NCBI RefSeq assembly: GCF_902652985.1
Contig: NC_047025.1
Coordinates: forward strand, 11,718,001 to 11,782,000
Reading direction: 5' to 3'
Length of the DNA: 64,000 nt
From: Pecten maximus
Lineage: Eukaryota
In this document: positions 36,093 through 49,007 of the stretch, in pieces
Layout of the letters: the number at the start of each line of letters is the position of its first letter
Position numbering within the stretch: position 1 is the first letter of the stretch
The notes under the pieces: generated by a model
Told to the model about the DNA's origin: nothing
Database searches by the model: none
Seen by the model: only the letters and a program-made list of their open reading frames with translations
Made by a program: the position numbers and the translations under genes

Positions 36093-36786
36093 CTTTTAAT
36101 TATGGTGTCAATATCTGATGCCTACATCATATGTTTATTATTGCTACAAACATACATAGATAATAAGATAATGAACATATATAAATAAACAAATATATAT
36201 TTTTAAAAAAAATCGGGGGGAAAATACACTGTAGATAGGTAAGATAAGCTTATCTTACCTATCTATTTTTCCGCCGATTTTTTTTTTTTTTTTAATATAT
36301 ATTTGTTTATTTATATATGTTCATTATCTTATTATCTATGTATGTTTGTAGCAATAATAAATCTATATTATCTAATAATATTTGCTGTCGGACACTCAAT
36401 TTTAATTCATATTTGTTAATTATGTGGGTATATTATGATATAGACCATACTATGTAGACATGATTTCCGATATTGTATTTTATGTGTATTGTACAGTTTA
36501 CATTCTGTATGTGTATTGGTACAGTAACAAAGTAGAGTGATTAACATTGTAACAGTTATTGCTAATGGGATTCACATGTATGTAATTTATACTATATGCG
36601 TGCTTTTGATTTTATTATACAGTAATGTATTCCCTCGATTGCAATACTATTCTTGAACAATTTGTAAAAAAAATTAAAATATATATTTGTTTATTTATAT
36701 ATGTTCATTATCTTATTATCTATGTATGTTTGTGGCAATAATAAACATATGATGTAGACATGAGATATTGACACCATAATTAAAAG
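36093..36786. mobile_element. MITE-like element with ~110 bp TIRs and an internal long palindrome
   Basis: 36093-36200 is the near-perfect reverse complement of ~36678-36786; additional inverted copy at ~36295-36361. Confidence 0.7.
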
Positions 36787-38037
36787 GAGATACATGCAGA
36801 ATATGTATTCATAAAAGTGTATCAATATCAATATAAGTGATGCATCCTTAAATATTTCTTTGAAGATTTCTGTGTATTATTTTTTAAACTAAACCGAAAC
36901 ATATTTATGTTTGGTGATACAGTTGTATCACAGTTGTGCCGATCATCCTTCATAAGAGAACTTTTTTATATAAAATAAATGATGTACGGATAACGGGTCG
37001 GGTCCAGGGTTGTCGTACACGTTTTCACCTTCACCTCATCGCTCCGCAACAAGTGGTTTTCGAAGGAAAGTGGCAAGTGGTTTGTCGACAGATAGTGGAG
37101 AACATGACGATGTACACATATGGAAAGATTATAAATATTCAATATCTGTATTATATAATATATTACATGTCGAAAACCACGACCAATTTCCTGTCAAAAA
37201 CGTACGTCCAGGACGTTGATTGTAAGGGCGATAGTAGTCCTCCCCCAAGTATTTATTAACGTCACAAAACATACAGCAGGTTCCTGTTCTTTCCCCAGTG
37301 ACATATGATTTTAATAAACAATATATAAATATATATATATATATATATAACCAAAACACCATCATACCGATGGCGTAATACAGGTATTGTATCCGTCAGT
37401 TTTGACATTAAAAGCTTATTGAAATATGTAGCGAACTTACCTATGTAGATATAATGCATATGACGCTGATAACAATGTAAGAACTTTAAGTCAAAATAAA
37501 TATATGGCTTTATCTCAAAACGCAATGTAGACCTACACTTAACCAATCAGCTGTTAAGGTTTTCGGCAACTCTACTTTATCGATCTACCAATGAAAATAT
37601 GGCGTAGTTTTTTTTCCTTGTTTACCGCAAAGTAAACACATGCTTTTAATGCACAAGGACTTTGCCTTTTTTCTGCTCGTGTGAAAGATAAACACTCCAT
37701 CTATTTCAACATTGTCGAAACCTCTCAAACTGTATGAATACCAAAGTACTCTTTTGCGTGACCTCTAGACAGGAAGGTTATTTGTCCTATTTAAATCCTG
37801 ACCTAGGTAGGGATACTTCAAATAGATCGTTCGGCATAACTGCTGTGAAATCTTGTCGGTTGACAATATATGAGACACTTGACACACCAGTGCCTTCATC
37901 AATAGTAGTGTATGTACGACCAATGGCAATCGGTAACGAACAACGTCAGACACAATCTATGTAGATACATTGTATTTATCTAATTTGTTTTCCCTTATTT
38001 TCTTAAACTTACCTATTAAGATACATGTTAAAGATAT

Positions 38038-38246
38038 ACTGCTAATGTACTTTATTTGGCGCACTCAAATTTAAGCGCATGTCTGAATTTGTATAGATTA
38101 GCGCATTGATAAATTCGTGCGCCAAAAATTTATGTAGAAAGAGTATATAGAAAGTGCTATTAGCGCAATAATAATTTAGTGGAATGCTTCCACCGCAAAA
38201 AGGCGCTGAAATAAGATCACCGCTAAAATATGTACGATTACAGTAA
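38038..38246. mobile_element. Short TA-flanked MITE (related decayed inverted copy at ~33858-34060)
   Basis: tactg...cagta termini; internal sequence matches the reverse complement of 33866-34000. Confidence 0.55.
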
Positions 38247-38379
38247 CTATTGATATATTCTTACTGATGTCATTACTTCCTTATATGGTATGATGATGAT
38301 ATTAATGGTTATGCAATTATTGGTTACATAAATTACTTACGATGTCCGATAAAGAGGGAAAGTATGATAACTAGTAGTA

Positions 38380-39670
38380 AAATATTGATATGAATCATCC
38401 TGTTCTACAAATGAATTCCGAAAACATATTAAATATATCATTTTACAAACACCTTGGTGTAACGTGCTCAGAAAATGGTAATTTGCTTGATCATTTTAAT
38501 TATATCATAACTAAAGCTTGTAGCAAATTAAATATACTACGATCACTCAAATTAAAATATGATAGAGGTTCTTTACAAAATATGCGTTTCTCGTTTATTC
38601 GCCCTATATAAGAGGATGCTGACGTCGTCTGTGACTGTATATCATACGAATATGTACAAAACCTCGAAAGTGTAAATTTAATAGTCGCCAGAATAGTTGC
38701 TGGTGCTAACAAATTAACTAATATTGAAAAACTGTACATGTACAGTGATGTGGTTGGCCTAAACTGATCGACAGAAGACAAAACCAAAAATCATCAAATT
38801 TCATGAAATGCATTATCAAAATACACCGGTATACTCTAGCAATCTTGGTCCTTACCCAATTTCATCAGGTCACAATTATAGGACTAGACAGTCTGAAAAT
38901 ATTACACTGATTCGGTGTAGAACTTTCCTTCCCTCTGCTATTGACTGTTGGAACAAATTGCCAATTATCATACGTAACAAGGCTCTTTCTTGTCTCAAAA
39001 CTTATCTAAAAAGATCATCTCCGCCGGAACCACCGAATCTGTTCTACTGTGGGACACGACTATGTCAAATCTATCATGCCAGATTAGGAATTAACAGTAG
39101 TTCACTGAATGGTCATTCATTTAGGGAAAAATAATATAATTCCCTTTCCTCTGTGTACCTGTGGTCTAATTGAGGATACAATACATACATTGTAAGTATA
39201 TTCTCACCTTATCATATAAAATAAATGTAAGTTCATTACTGTCTGGAGATGCTTCTCTTTCCATCGACGATAACAGGATATCCCTTGGTGTGCAAAATGT
39301 CCTTGTAAAATATAACAGATTTCCCATGCTAACGTAGCATGTACATATTTTGTACGTCTATCATTTTAGATTAATACCACATTAAATATATATCTACAAC
39401 CAGATGGAAGCAGAAATTCCCTCTTTCACGTTGTTACCCTTTTTATATTTAATTATTTGATCACATTTCAAATGATGTTTTCATATTAAATCTATTGCCA
39501 TTTCGATACGATGTTGTGTTTTATCATGTCTATGCTGTTATGTAATGTCAAGCTATATACATAGGTGTCAGGTTTATATACGTGTCTTGACACTTGTTTC
39601 TGATTTCTTTCTGTATGATTCATATGTTGTATTGTTAAGTGGAAATTGACAAATAAAACACAGTTTAAAC
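38380..39670 (+). mobile_element. Degenerate CR1/L2-group LINE 3' fragment
   Basis: KHLGVT..HFNYIITKACSKLNILRSLK..SFIRPI.EDADVV and FLPSAIDCWNKLP motifs typical of ORF2 C-termini; many lesions; aataaa-containing tail near 39650. Confidence 0.7.
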
Positions 39671-40683
39671 TTAATTACCTATCCTTCAAAAGGAACGATG
39701 ATCGTTACTCTTCCTCTAGTCCGGCAACTCGTAAAAAATGTCGACGTGAAATCGATTACTGTTACAGGTATTTTGCGTTGTGGGGAAAATACACAGAACT
39801 CCTGATAACTAACTCTCGATATGAAATCTCACCTTCTTTCTGATTCCCCTTTAGTTATACAGCTTTTACAATGGACAAGATGGTCTAAACATACATAAAA
39901 ACATACAGATGGCTGTTCTGGCTATTATATTTAAAGATGAATCTTAAGATTAAACGATAGAATATGTTAAGTAATCGAAAGCTAACAATGCCTGATGCTA
40001 TGTACGAGTAGACACTATATATCATGTATTGTCTAAGTACAGTGTGTGTGACATCGCGTAAACAATAGAAGTTCGGTCTCATTGTTCATTTCTTCAGATG
40101 ATAAACCACTCATTTAACATGAAGAGCTGCGTGAGTATTGTTTTATTTCGATATAGTGAACGTTTGTATATTGAAGAAAAGTGTGATAGAATGGTATGTA
40201 TGTTACATGTTAACGCAAACAATTTCATAGTTACAAATGTTAATGTTATCGTTTGCTAAAGACCCCATATTTGTAATGCTGCATGTTATCAAACACGCTC
40301 CAGCCCTGCTACCCGCTCCTAAATGCTGGTCATGAGGTACTTTTCAATTCCCCTTAGGTCCAGCTTGAAATGTTTTTAAAATATAAGTAAACCAGATATT
40401 TTTTTAAATAATATATTTTGTAATCACCTTTGGTAGAACATAGAAGGAAGTTGCATGTGATTGTGGTACGAGGCCAGAAGAAAGCGTTGTCTAATAGTAA
40501 AGCATTAATTAGTACGGAATCTGGACGATGTCTGTTTTGGAAAAGACGTAAATGACAAGATGGACACGACGGGTAGAAATTGAGACACATATCCTGTCTT
40601 CTACGACATTGTAAAACAATGGCTATTTTTCTTCCGAGGTTGTTTTCACAAACCAACATGACTACTTCACCAATTCAGGCCGT

Positions 40684-40910
40684 TGACCAGTATAATATGT
40701 CGGACATTGTCTACCAATATAACAGGTCGTAAGTTGTTTACCAAAATAATTTGTCTTCTTGTTTACAATTATAGTTTATCCTGTTGTTTACCAATATTGT
40801 TTGTCCTGTAATTACCAAATAATAATTTGTCGTGTGTTGTTTACCATTATAGTTTGTCGTGTTGTTTAACAATATAGTTTGTTGTGTTGTTTACCAATAT
40901 AATATGCCGT
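40684..40910. repeat. Minisatellite, about 9 degenerate copies of a ~25 bp unit (tgtttaccaatatagtttgtcgtgt)
   Basis: Directly visible tandem units. Confidence 0.8.
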
Positions 40911-40924
40911 ACAAAATCACCGAA

Positions 40925-42022
40925 AATAGGGGGGAAATCGTGTCTTACTAAGTTACCCACATTGAATCTGAGTGAAAACAACTTGTGACAAATCAACAAT
41001 TATACACTATTAAAATTGTCTCCGCTCCGCTGTCTGAACGAGGCAAGCAACAGGGTACTTAACATTGGGCCGTATTCATGGACTCGTCAAACATCCTCTA
41101 TACTAAATATTCTTTAACCTTAATCATTAATCGACCATTCTGCACACTGAATTACACGTATAACTAGACACAAAATATTGTCAACGAATTGGGATGGATA
41201 TTAACAGTGGACGATAACATTGGCAAAGTTGGTCTTGTAAAGCTAACTGAAAATGGTATGTCTCTTGTCATCTTCTTTCTTAATCTCGGTGTTTCTGACC
41301 TTATCGTTGGGGAAGATGTTTTCTTAATATGGTTTTGACTTGCGTTATGTCCCTTTTAAATGCGATTGTGAAATATAACCTTTTTTGCAGGAGGCTGGAT
41401 CTGGCTTTCAAACTCTAATATTATGGAGATTATATAATGAACAGATGAAATGCTTATATACAGAACAACTTAAGAATCAATCAATCCGTCGACTTTTGCG
41501 GAGTAATCACTAAAATAATTTTATGTGTGATATACCACGAACTGAAGGATGTCCTTACGATTGTAATTGAAATAAACAGCCAAGCAGACACCACATGGTC
41601 GTAAATTGCTCCGAGCATGAAATTAACATAATGCCAAAATAGGTTCTCATCTCGACAAAAACAACCTGTCCAGCTTAGAGTGGCGAGGATACCTTAACGA
41701 AACACGGAAGTTAGTCTTATCCAACAACTCTATAACTACGATGGAGGGACGTGCTGTTAATCAAATACAGAATGCAACGGAAGTAGACTTACGGGGAAAC
41801 ACGGAATTCAAGGATCTACCAGTAGATATACGTTACTTGAAACGAGGCATTTTCATATTAAGCAAACTTAACGTTGCATGTGTTAAAAAAGTGGTTTGGA
41901 GAATGGATCAGAATGACTAAGATTCAAAACGAGACACGAACAACTTTTGGTGTCAGATTGAAAACAGCGCTATGAAGGCTCCTGAGGTCATACTACAAGA
42001 TATCGCTGATGCTGCCAAAGTA

Positions 42023-42054
<32 letters not shown>

Positions 42055-42122
42055 GTTTCTCGAAATATTGTTAGCACTTGTCTTGGGCGATTCGTTAATC
42101 ACGAAGGTATTTAAGTACGAGT
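40925..42122 (+). pseudogene. Toll-like receptor copy C, heavily decayed ectodomain-to-TM fragment (no TIR)
   Basis: Nucleotide homology to copy D from cgtgtcttactaagtta (SCLTKL) through gaaggatgtccttacgattgtaattg, a near-identical block at 41670-41840, to aaggtatttaagtacga (KVFKYE). Numerous indels and a poly-T/poly-G insertion. Confidence 0.85.
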
Positions 42123-42449
42123 CTGTATTATTTCTGGCCAAAATGTATATAATTTCAGCCGTGTACAAATCCGGCATGAGTTTCATCAAGGGTCCTGCTG
42201 GTTGAAGTTCAAGTTCAGATAGTGTTTCCTCTGTCCCTAACACTTGATGTTAGATATTTAGGTGGCCAAACTCGATATCTGTTGGTCAAAATGTTTAACG
42301 TCTATTGTTGACAGGTAGGGAAATATTTTATTGATGGAAAAAGTATAACAGTTTGAAATTTACTTTTCATTTATAAAAGTACATTAGTTAACGATATACA
42401 TGTATCAACGTAGTGGATCGAGAATAAAACTAAAACTGTTGAATCAAGA

Positions 42450-42664
42450 TTTGGTTTGGTTTGTATTGTTTAACGTCCTTTTAACAGCTAGAGTCATTTA
42501 AGAACGTGCCAGGTGTTGGAGGTGGAGGAAAGCCATAGTACCCGAAGAAAAACCACCGGCCTACGGTCAGTACCTGGCAACTGTCCCATATGGGTTTCCA
42601 ACTCACAACCCAGATGTAGAGGGCTGGTGATAAAGTGTCGGGGCAACTTAACCACTCGGCCACC
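42450..42664 (-). mobile_element. tRNA-derived SINE, near full length
   Basis: The minus strand begins ggtggccgagtggttaag (A box), carries the same central domain as 35822-35977 and ends in (aaacc)n. Confidence 0.8.
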
Positions 42665-45600
42665 AATCAAGAAATAAAATACTTTTGAGTCATACATTTA
42701 GAGATTATGTATATACCTGATACAGTTTAAGTGATTTATGGGTACAATTGTACTTTCAATTTTGATAAGATAAAAGAGGTCACATGTATAGGTATAAGTA
42801 ATATATATCAGATTACTATATAAACATTAGAACAGAAACACATTGATAACCCATATTAATATAGCAACTTCGTGATGTAATGGGTCTGTGCTATCAAATT
42901 ATATTATAGCTTTATCTACCTGTATTGCATCATGCATGACGTCGCTAATGTTGAGAATCACTTCAGAATTCATGATGACTCATCATCAGTCTTTCATTAT
43001 TCTTAATTAAACAATTCTAAAACGATTGTTGATCGATCATGAACAGAGAGGCAAATGCATTGTATCTAGACAACAAAAATATTCATTAAAATTTGGGGAA
43101 ATTATTGTGGATAAAGTTAAATTAAAAGGGAATCTACAAATGTAGCTATGTTTTAAAATGGTGTTTTAATCATTTGGATATAAAAATATAGATACATTTT
43201 TTCTTTTATTTTATCTCAATAAATGTTAATAATTTAATGTCGAACTATCACAGAAAAATTCATGACAGATTATTCATATTCATCATAGATTAAATCGTGA
43301 ATGCTATATAGGCACAATTGTCTCTCAAGGGAAAATAGGAAAAAAATATGCAATATGTAATAAAGCGATATCAACATGAGACCGATGAACAGTTAATTAA
43401 ACGTTAGAATACATTTGAACTGTTGATCATCTGCTTATTTGCAGAACATCGATCTGAATGAAACCGAGTCCATTTCAAGGAATTAATAAAAAAAAAATCA
43501 TCCTGCCAGCAGGACTGGGACTCTATTAACATATCGCTCTCTTGACCAGTCATCTTACTCACCTTCTACTAACTATATAGGCCAAAGGAAAATCATGCAA
43601 GCTTGAGCTACAATGTAAAAAGGCGATCATAAGAACAACTAAGACACAGTAAAAATAAATTGTTTAATCGTATGTTCAATATTTATTAGTGAAAAAGTAC
43701 AACTGATAAATAGTAATCAATTGTGTAGACGATGGATCTATATCAATGGTATACAGGCATATAAATCTCAAATTAATGACATCGGAAACAAATGATATAT
43801 AACAAAACCTTTAACAAACACGAAATTAATATATTAGATAATTACTTTATGTTGTATGTTTCCGTCTCTTTATATTGCTCCGTATATGATTATTTAGTAT
43901 GTACATACGTGTAACCCCGTGCTGCAAGTGGCAGTTACCTTTGTATGACGGCGGACCGTCCAATGTATTTCTATGGCCTATGGATTAAATCCCGCTGTTC
44001 AAAACACGTTAGGTAAGTCCCTGTAGATAAGCATATAGTCGAGACGGGTTACAAAACGTGTTTATACGCAGCTTGTGAAAATTTATGATATCCGGATAAC
44101 GGTAATATGATTGCTATATATACCAGTTTTTGAAGTGATGTAAGCAATTTTTGCGACGGCTTCGGCTGTTACCGGGTAACTATTAATATTTTCGGTCTCG
44201 GGCGTCCATGTTGAGACATCATGGTGTTAGGACGTAAATTTAAAATGCGCATGTTCACTTTAGCTGGGCTCAGCCCGATTAGCCGACGAAAACAGACCGC
44301 GGCATATATAAGCCGGGTGTCAGTTTCTTCTCGAATGCGGCTTCCTGTGACGTTGGTTATCAAATTTATATCCCGCGAAAGTTTTGGGAAACAATATGAC
44401 ATCAATTATCATTTTGTTAATGTGAAATGTTTTCGCTAATTTCATCACTTTCATCAAATTAGAACCAGTCTGTTATTTCTTTTCCTATCGCTTCTCTGGC
44501 GAACAGAATTTCGTACTATTACGTGACAAATATAGTCGCCAGAGCGTTTGAATTTATACATAAAAGAATTAAAGGGAAAGCATGATCATGATCAAGACTT
44601 TACAGACATTGTTGCTGCGAAAACTTCGTTGAGAAGACGAGAACATAAAATATTGATTTTTTTTCAAAAGTAATAATTCCATACATAGCTCATATGGACG
44701 TTCTGTTATAGTGTTATAGTTGTTCTCACTATAAAACCGCTCTGCATTCAATACAGTTAGAATTATGCTGATATCGTGAGTGTTATGTTCTATATTAATG
44801 TTTCTTTCTACCTGTTACCATTAGAAGTATTTTGTTATATTAATATCGCTATAGACAGTTCCCGTGTTACCTGGGATAAATGTAAGAACAGGACGGGATA
44901 GTATGTCAACGAAGAAAGTTTCAACATCTGCATTTTTTCGAATTACACGTCAAGAATATCAACATTGAATCAAAGGTTGACGTGAGGATGCGTGACTCTC
45001 TTTTTTAGTACAATACTTCTGTGGACAACTACGTCATCATAGAACTAAAATCCTATTATTTAGACAGAAAATCGATATCCAAGCACGACATATCAGTATG
45101 CTGGGTCAATAGCCAGTTCTACTTTAACTATTGAGAAAATAACCCACCTTGCTTTTTATCTACATTACTTATAAAGCTAAACAATGACCAAGGTTATTTA
45201 AAACAAACCCAATAGAACACCTTTCGATATGCGTCATGATGAAAGTAAACGAAAAGGTACATTCGGTTATTGTTCTGAAATTCCATTCTGGCATTATTTA
45301 TCAAACTTAAATATTTGCTAAAAATATATATCAATTGATAGTCGTAGCCTAACCATGCTTTAAACATGACTCCATGGACACATGTGTCGACGTGGATGAC
45401 CTGGATATCGCATTATATAAAGGGCACCCGAGATAAAAAATATATATATATATATATTTCAATTGCAGTGTTGAAGCATGTCATGTCTTGTGCATGTTTC
45501 TGCCCGCCACTTATACTTGATACATTGTTGTTAGTGTTTTTGTCATAGAACGTAAACATTTGTACTTTGATATTGAAAACGGGGCGAAGTAATTGTTTAC

Positions 45601-46787
45601 AGAATAAGCGTTGTTATTTAATACTTCTTATTCTTCAACTCAGATTATTGGATTAAGCTGATAAAGCGAAGTCTTCTATTTTGTCTTTGGACTTTGCAAA
45701 AGGAACCACATTCCAAAATATGATGGTACGTATTGTCATAATTTAAACCGTTGGGTATGTAACGGCAGGCTACGGAGTGTAGCTATTGGGCTTATTTGGC
45801 GTTTGAATGGCCTAAAAATACCATAAACATTTCATTGCCTTTTGAAACATCAATCATTTATTTGTGTTAGTTGCATATTACATCAAGTTTTAAACTTCTT
45901 TCGCAAATCTACCAAGCTGAGGAAACTTACACCTAAGATCTCCTACTTTTCGAGTTTTATAATCTAATATTATTTACAATTTCCTCTAAGATGAGTAAAA
46001 AAATGCGTCACATTGATAAAACTGAAACGACCAGGTACAATGCATCATGTAGACAGAGCATTATTTTGATCTCAAATCCAATGCGTTGTCTAAGCCTCCT
46101 CGTTATTTACAAAAATCCATGAATACAATTGATTGTATCGTTAAATTAACGAGTAAAACTGTCTAAATGAGATATGAAACACTCTATCTATCCCCTTAAA
46201 TAATATTCCAATTTTTGACTACAAAAATAATTCTATAGATGACGCAATGCTTTTACCTGTCTCATATGGTGTTTATTAAATTTCCCGCGTTTTATTGTAG
46301 GTGCAATCAACGTTCACATTTTAACGGTAAATTTATTTTTTGGCGATTCTGGAAACATTGCACGATAAAACATGATTGCGTAAGGTACAGATTATGTACA
46401 CTATTTATATAGCAAATAATATCTCATATAAATAACGTACTAAAATATGCTGTTACATTCGAGAACGCCAATATAAATACACATGCATAATAGAACATGT
46501 CAAATATCATAATAGCATAAGTGGATATTTTGTGTTGTATAATGTGATACGTAAACAAAATCATTTCACAGCTGACCAAAGATGACCGATACATTTTCAT
46601 AAACGACATTCATAGAAGCTGACGTCATCAAATAATGTTCTTAGCATGCTGTACAATTCGCATGAAAACGTTATATATGATAAAATTGAAAGGATATTAT
46701 GTGAATAATTGAAAGATTTTTTTAATTGTTTTTTCCTTAATTTTAAACTATTTCTGTATGTTTTTGTTTCAGTTTTACTTGCATGCA

Positions 46788-49007
46788 ATGAATCCTTCCG
46801 ATTCAAAAACTGGACTTGGATTATTAGTGTTGGCGTCCATCAGTACGCTTATAGTCGGTACCAATCCATGTTCCGATAGATATTCAGTATGTACCATAGA
46901 AAATTCAACACTTCCGGAGTTATGCTGTATCGAAAACTGCTGTAACGTTGAGTCTTCATGTCGTGGCCATAAAGGTTATAGTTGCGTTTGTAACACTCAG
47001 CCTCTTTGGAAAATGAGCGAGTTACACCCATTGGATGTGGAGTACACGACAATTCGAGGATCTTCCGTACTAAGTGGGCGATATGATATCAAATCAAAGC
47101 TGGAACACGAAGCTGGATACCTGGATGCCATTCCAGATAACATATGTCAGTACCAACTTTTGGTTTATGTTGACTTAAGTGGTAACAATATAAAGGAAAT
47201 TGGAAATATATCGTGTCTTACTAAATTAGATACGTTAGATTTGAGTGAGAACCAATTGTCCTTCATCTACAATCATACCTTCCGAGGACTTGTGTCACTC
47301 CGGAAACTGAATTTGGCAAATAACAAGATAAGCTACATAGAACCCTATACTTGGTCTCATCAAACGTCTTCAATATTAAACATTCAGTTGGAGGGCAACG
47401 AACTATCAGAAGTTGACATGACGAATATAATCATCAATCGGCCTTTTTGCATGTTGGATTACCGAAATAACCACATCAAAGATATCGTCAGCGAAGCTGG
47501 ATGGACTTTGACGGCGGACGATGAGATCGTAAAAGGTGGTTACGTCAACCTGACAGACAACAAATTGTCTGGCGTAATCGACTTTCTATATCAAGGTGTG
47601 TCTGACCTTAAAGTCTTAGGAAAGATATTTTCTACGTATGCGTTTGACATGCGTGATGCCCCTTTTCAGTGTGATTGTATAATGGAGCCATTCTTGAAAA
47701 TGGTTGAATCTAATTTTCAAACCATGTGGAGGTCATATTATGAACAAATAAAGTGCTTTTATCCGGAAGAACTGAGGAATAAAGTACTTGCAGAGCTTGT
47801 ACGGAATAAGCAATATGACTTGTTTATATGTGATATTCCACAAAGTGAAGGTTGTCCTTACAATTGCAATTGCTATAAACAGCCAAGCAGAGATCGCGTG
47901 GTCGTAAATTGCTCAGGGCATGGACTTGATCAAATACCACAACAGGTACCTAGAACAGATCTCCACCTTGAGATATATCTAGACAATAACAGTATATCCA
48001 CCTTGGAGTGGCGAGGATACCTTAACCAAACACGGAAGTTAGTCTTATCCAACAACTCCATAACTACGATGGAGGGACGCGCTGTTAATCAACTACAGAA
48101 TGCAACAGAAGTAGACTTACGGGGAAATACAGGAATTATACATCTACCAGAAGACATCCGTTATTTGAAACCAAGTATTTTTATTTTCGGCGAATTGACA
48201 ATTGTTTGCGATTGTAGCAATACATGGTATGGAGAGTGGATAAAAATGCATAAGAATGAAAAAGGACACAACATGTTTTGGTGCCACACTGAAAACAACG
48301 TTAAAGAGGCTCCTGAGGTAGTAACAAAAGAGTTCCTAGATTGTAGTAAACCGTCGATGCTATCAAAATGGATTACGGTGGCTCTCGCAATACTCACATC
48401 TCTTATCTTGGGCATTTCGTTAATCGTGAAGGTATTTAAGTACGAAATTTACCTGTTGTTCCGTACTCTCAGAAACAAATATAAGACATACCCAGATATG
48501 TATTATGATGTTTATGTATCATATGATGAAACAACTGACGAGATAAATAAGTGGATAATGAATGGATTACTTCCAGCACTGGAACAGGACGGTTACCGTG
48601 TTTGTATCCCGGCTAGAGATTTCAATGTAGGTGTTCCACATGAAGATGAAATCGCTGATTTTATGGGACGGAGCAAATTTGTTTTAATGCTCGTTTCAAA
48701 AAATGAGAAAAATGTGTTTTGGGATTTGGAGTGGAAGCGTGCATGGTATTCATATACATCGTATAAAATCCAAAACATCATCCTTATCAATTTCGACATG
48801 GCTGAATACGATTGCGTGACCCATCCTGTCCTTAGGGCCTTCATTCGACTTGGAATGTGCATTGACTTCGCCAACATGGACCAGTCATTGATTCAAGATA
48901 TCAAGAAAATGCTAGGGTTTCCTACTAGGAAAAAGATTCGTCTTGAAAACGAATTTTCTAATTGCAATACACGATTTAAACGTAGCGAAATGCTGATGAA
49001 TCGTTAA
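46788..49007 (+). CDS. Toll-like receptor copy D, intact, 739 aa, single coding exon
   Basis: ATG 46788 after the acceptor tgtttcag (46772), matching the starts of copies A and B. Signal peptide, Cys-rich cap, LRRs (LDTLDLSENQL, LRKLNLANNKI), LRRCT PFQCDC, internal LRRNT CPYNCNC, second LRRCT CDCSNTW, TM, TIR (YDVYVSY, VCIPARDF, W..EW). Confidence 0.95.
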   Translation: MNPSDSKTGLGLLVLASISTLIVGTNPCSDRYSVCTIENSTLPELCCIENCCNVESSCRGHKGYSCVCNTQPLWKMSELHPLDVEYTTIRGSSVLSGRYDIKSKLEHEAGYLDAIPDNICQYQLLVYVDLSGNNIKEIGNISCLTKLDTLDLSENQLSFIYNHTFRGLVSLRKLNLANNKISYIEPYTWSHQTSSILNIQLEGNELSEVDMTNIIINRPFCMLDYRNNHIKDIVSEAGWTLTADDEIVKGGYVNLTDNKLSGVIDFLYQGVSDLKVLGKIFSTYAFDMRDAPFQCDCIMEPFLKMVESNFQTMWRSYYEQIKCFYPEELRNKVLAELVRNKQYDLFICDIPQSEGCPYNCNCYKQPSRDRVVVNCSGHGLDQIPQQVPRTDLHLEIYLDNNSISTLEWRGYLNQTRKLVLSNNSITTMEGRAVNQLQNATEVDLRGNTGIIHLPEDIRYLKPSIFIFGELTIVCDCSNTWYGEWIKMHKNEKGHNMFWCHTENNVKEAPEVVTKEFLDCSKPSMLSKWITVALAILTSLILGISLIVKVFKYEIYLLFRTLRNKYKTYPDMYYDVYVSYDETTDEINKWIMNGLLPALEQDGYRVCIPARDFNVGVPHEDEIADFMGRSKFVLMLVSKNEKNVFWDLEWKRAWYSYTSYKIQNIILINFDMAEYDCVTHPVLRAFIRLGMCIDFANMDQSLIQDIKKMLGFPTRKKIRLENEFSNCNTRFKRSEMLMNR

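Noticed and set aside
36936-37964. Short ORFs in slightly GC-richer patches
   Set aside because: No recognisable motifs or consistent splice structure; cannot support a gene call
40684-40910. CRISPR-like array
   Set aside because: Units are directly tandem and degenerate with no unique spacers; eukaryotic context, no cas genes
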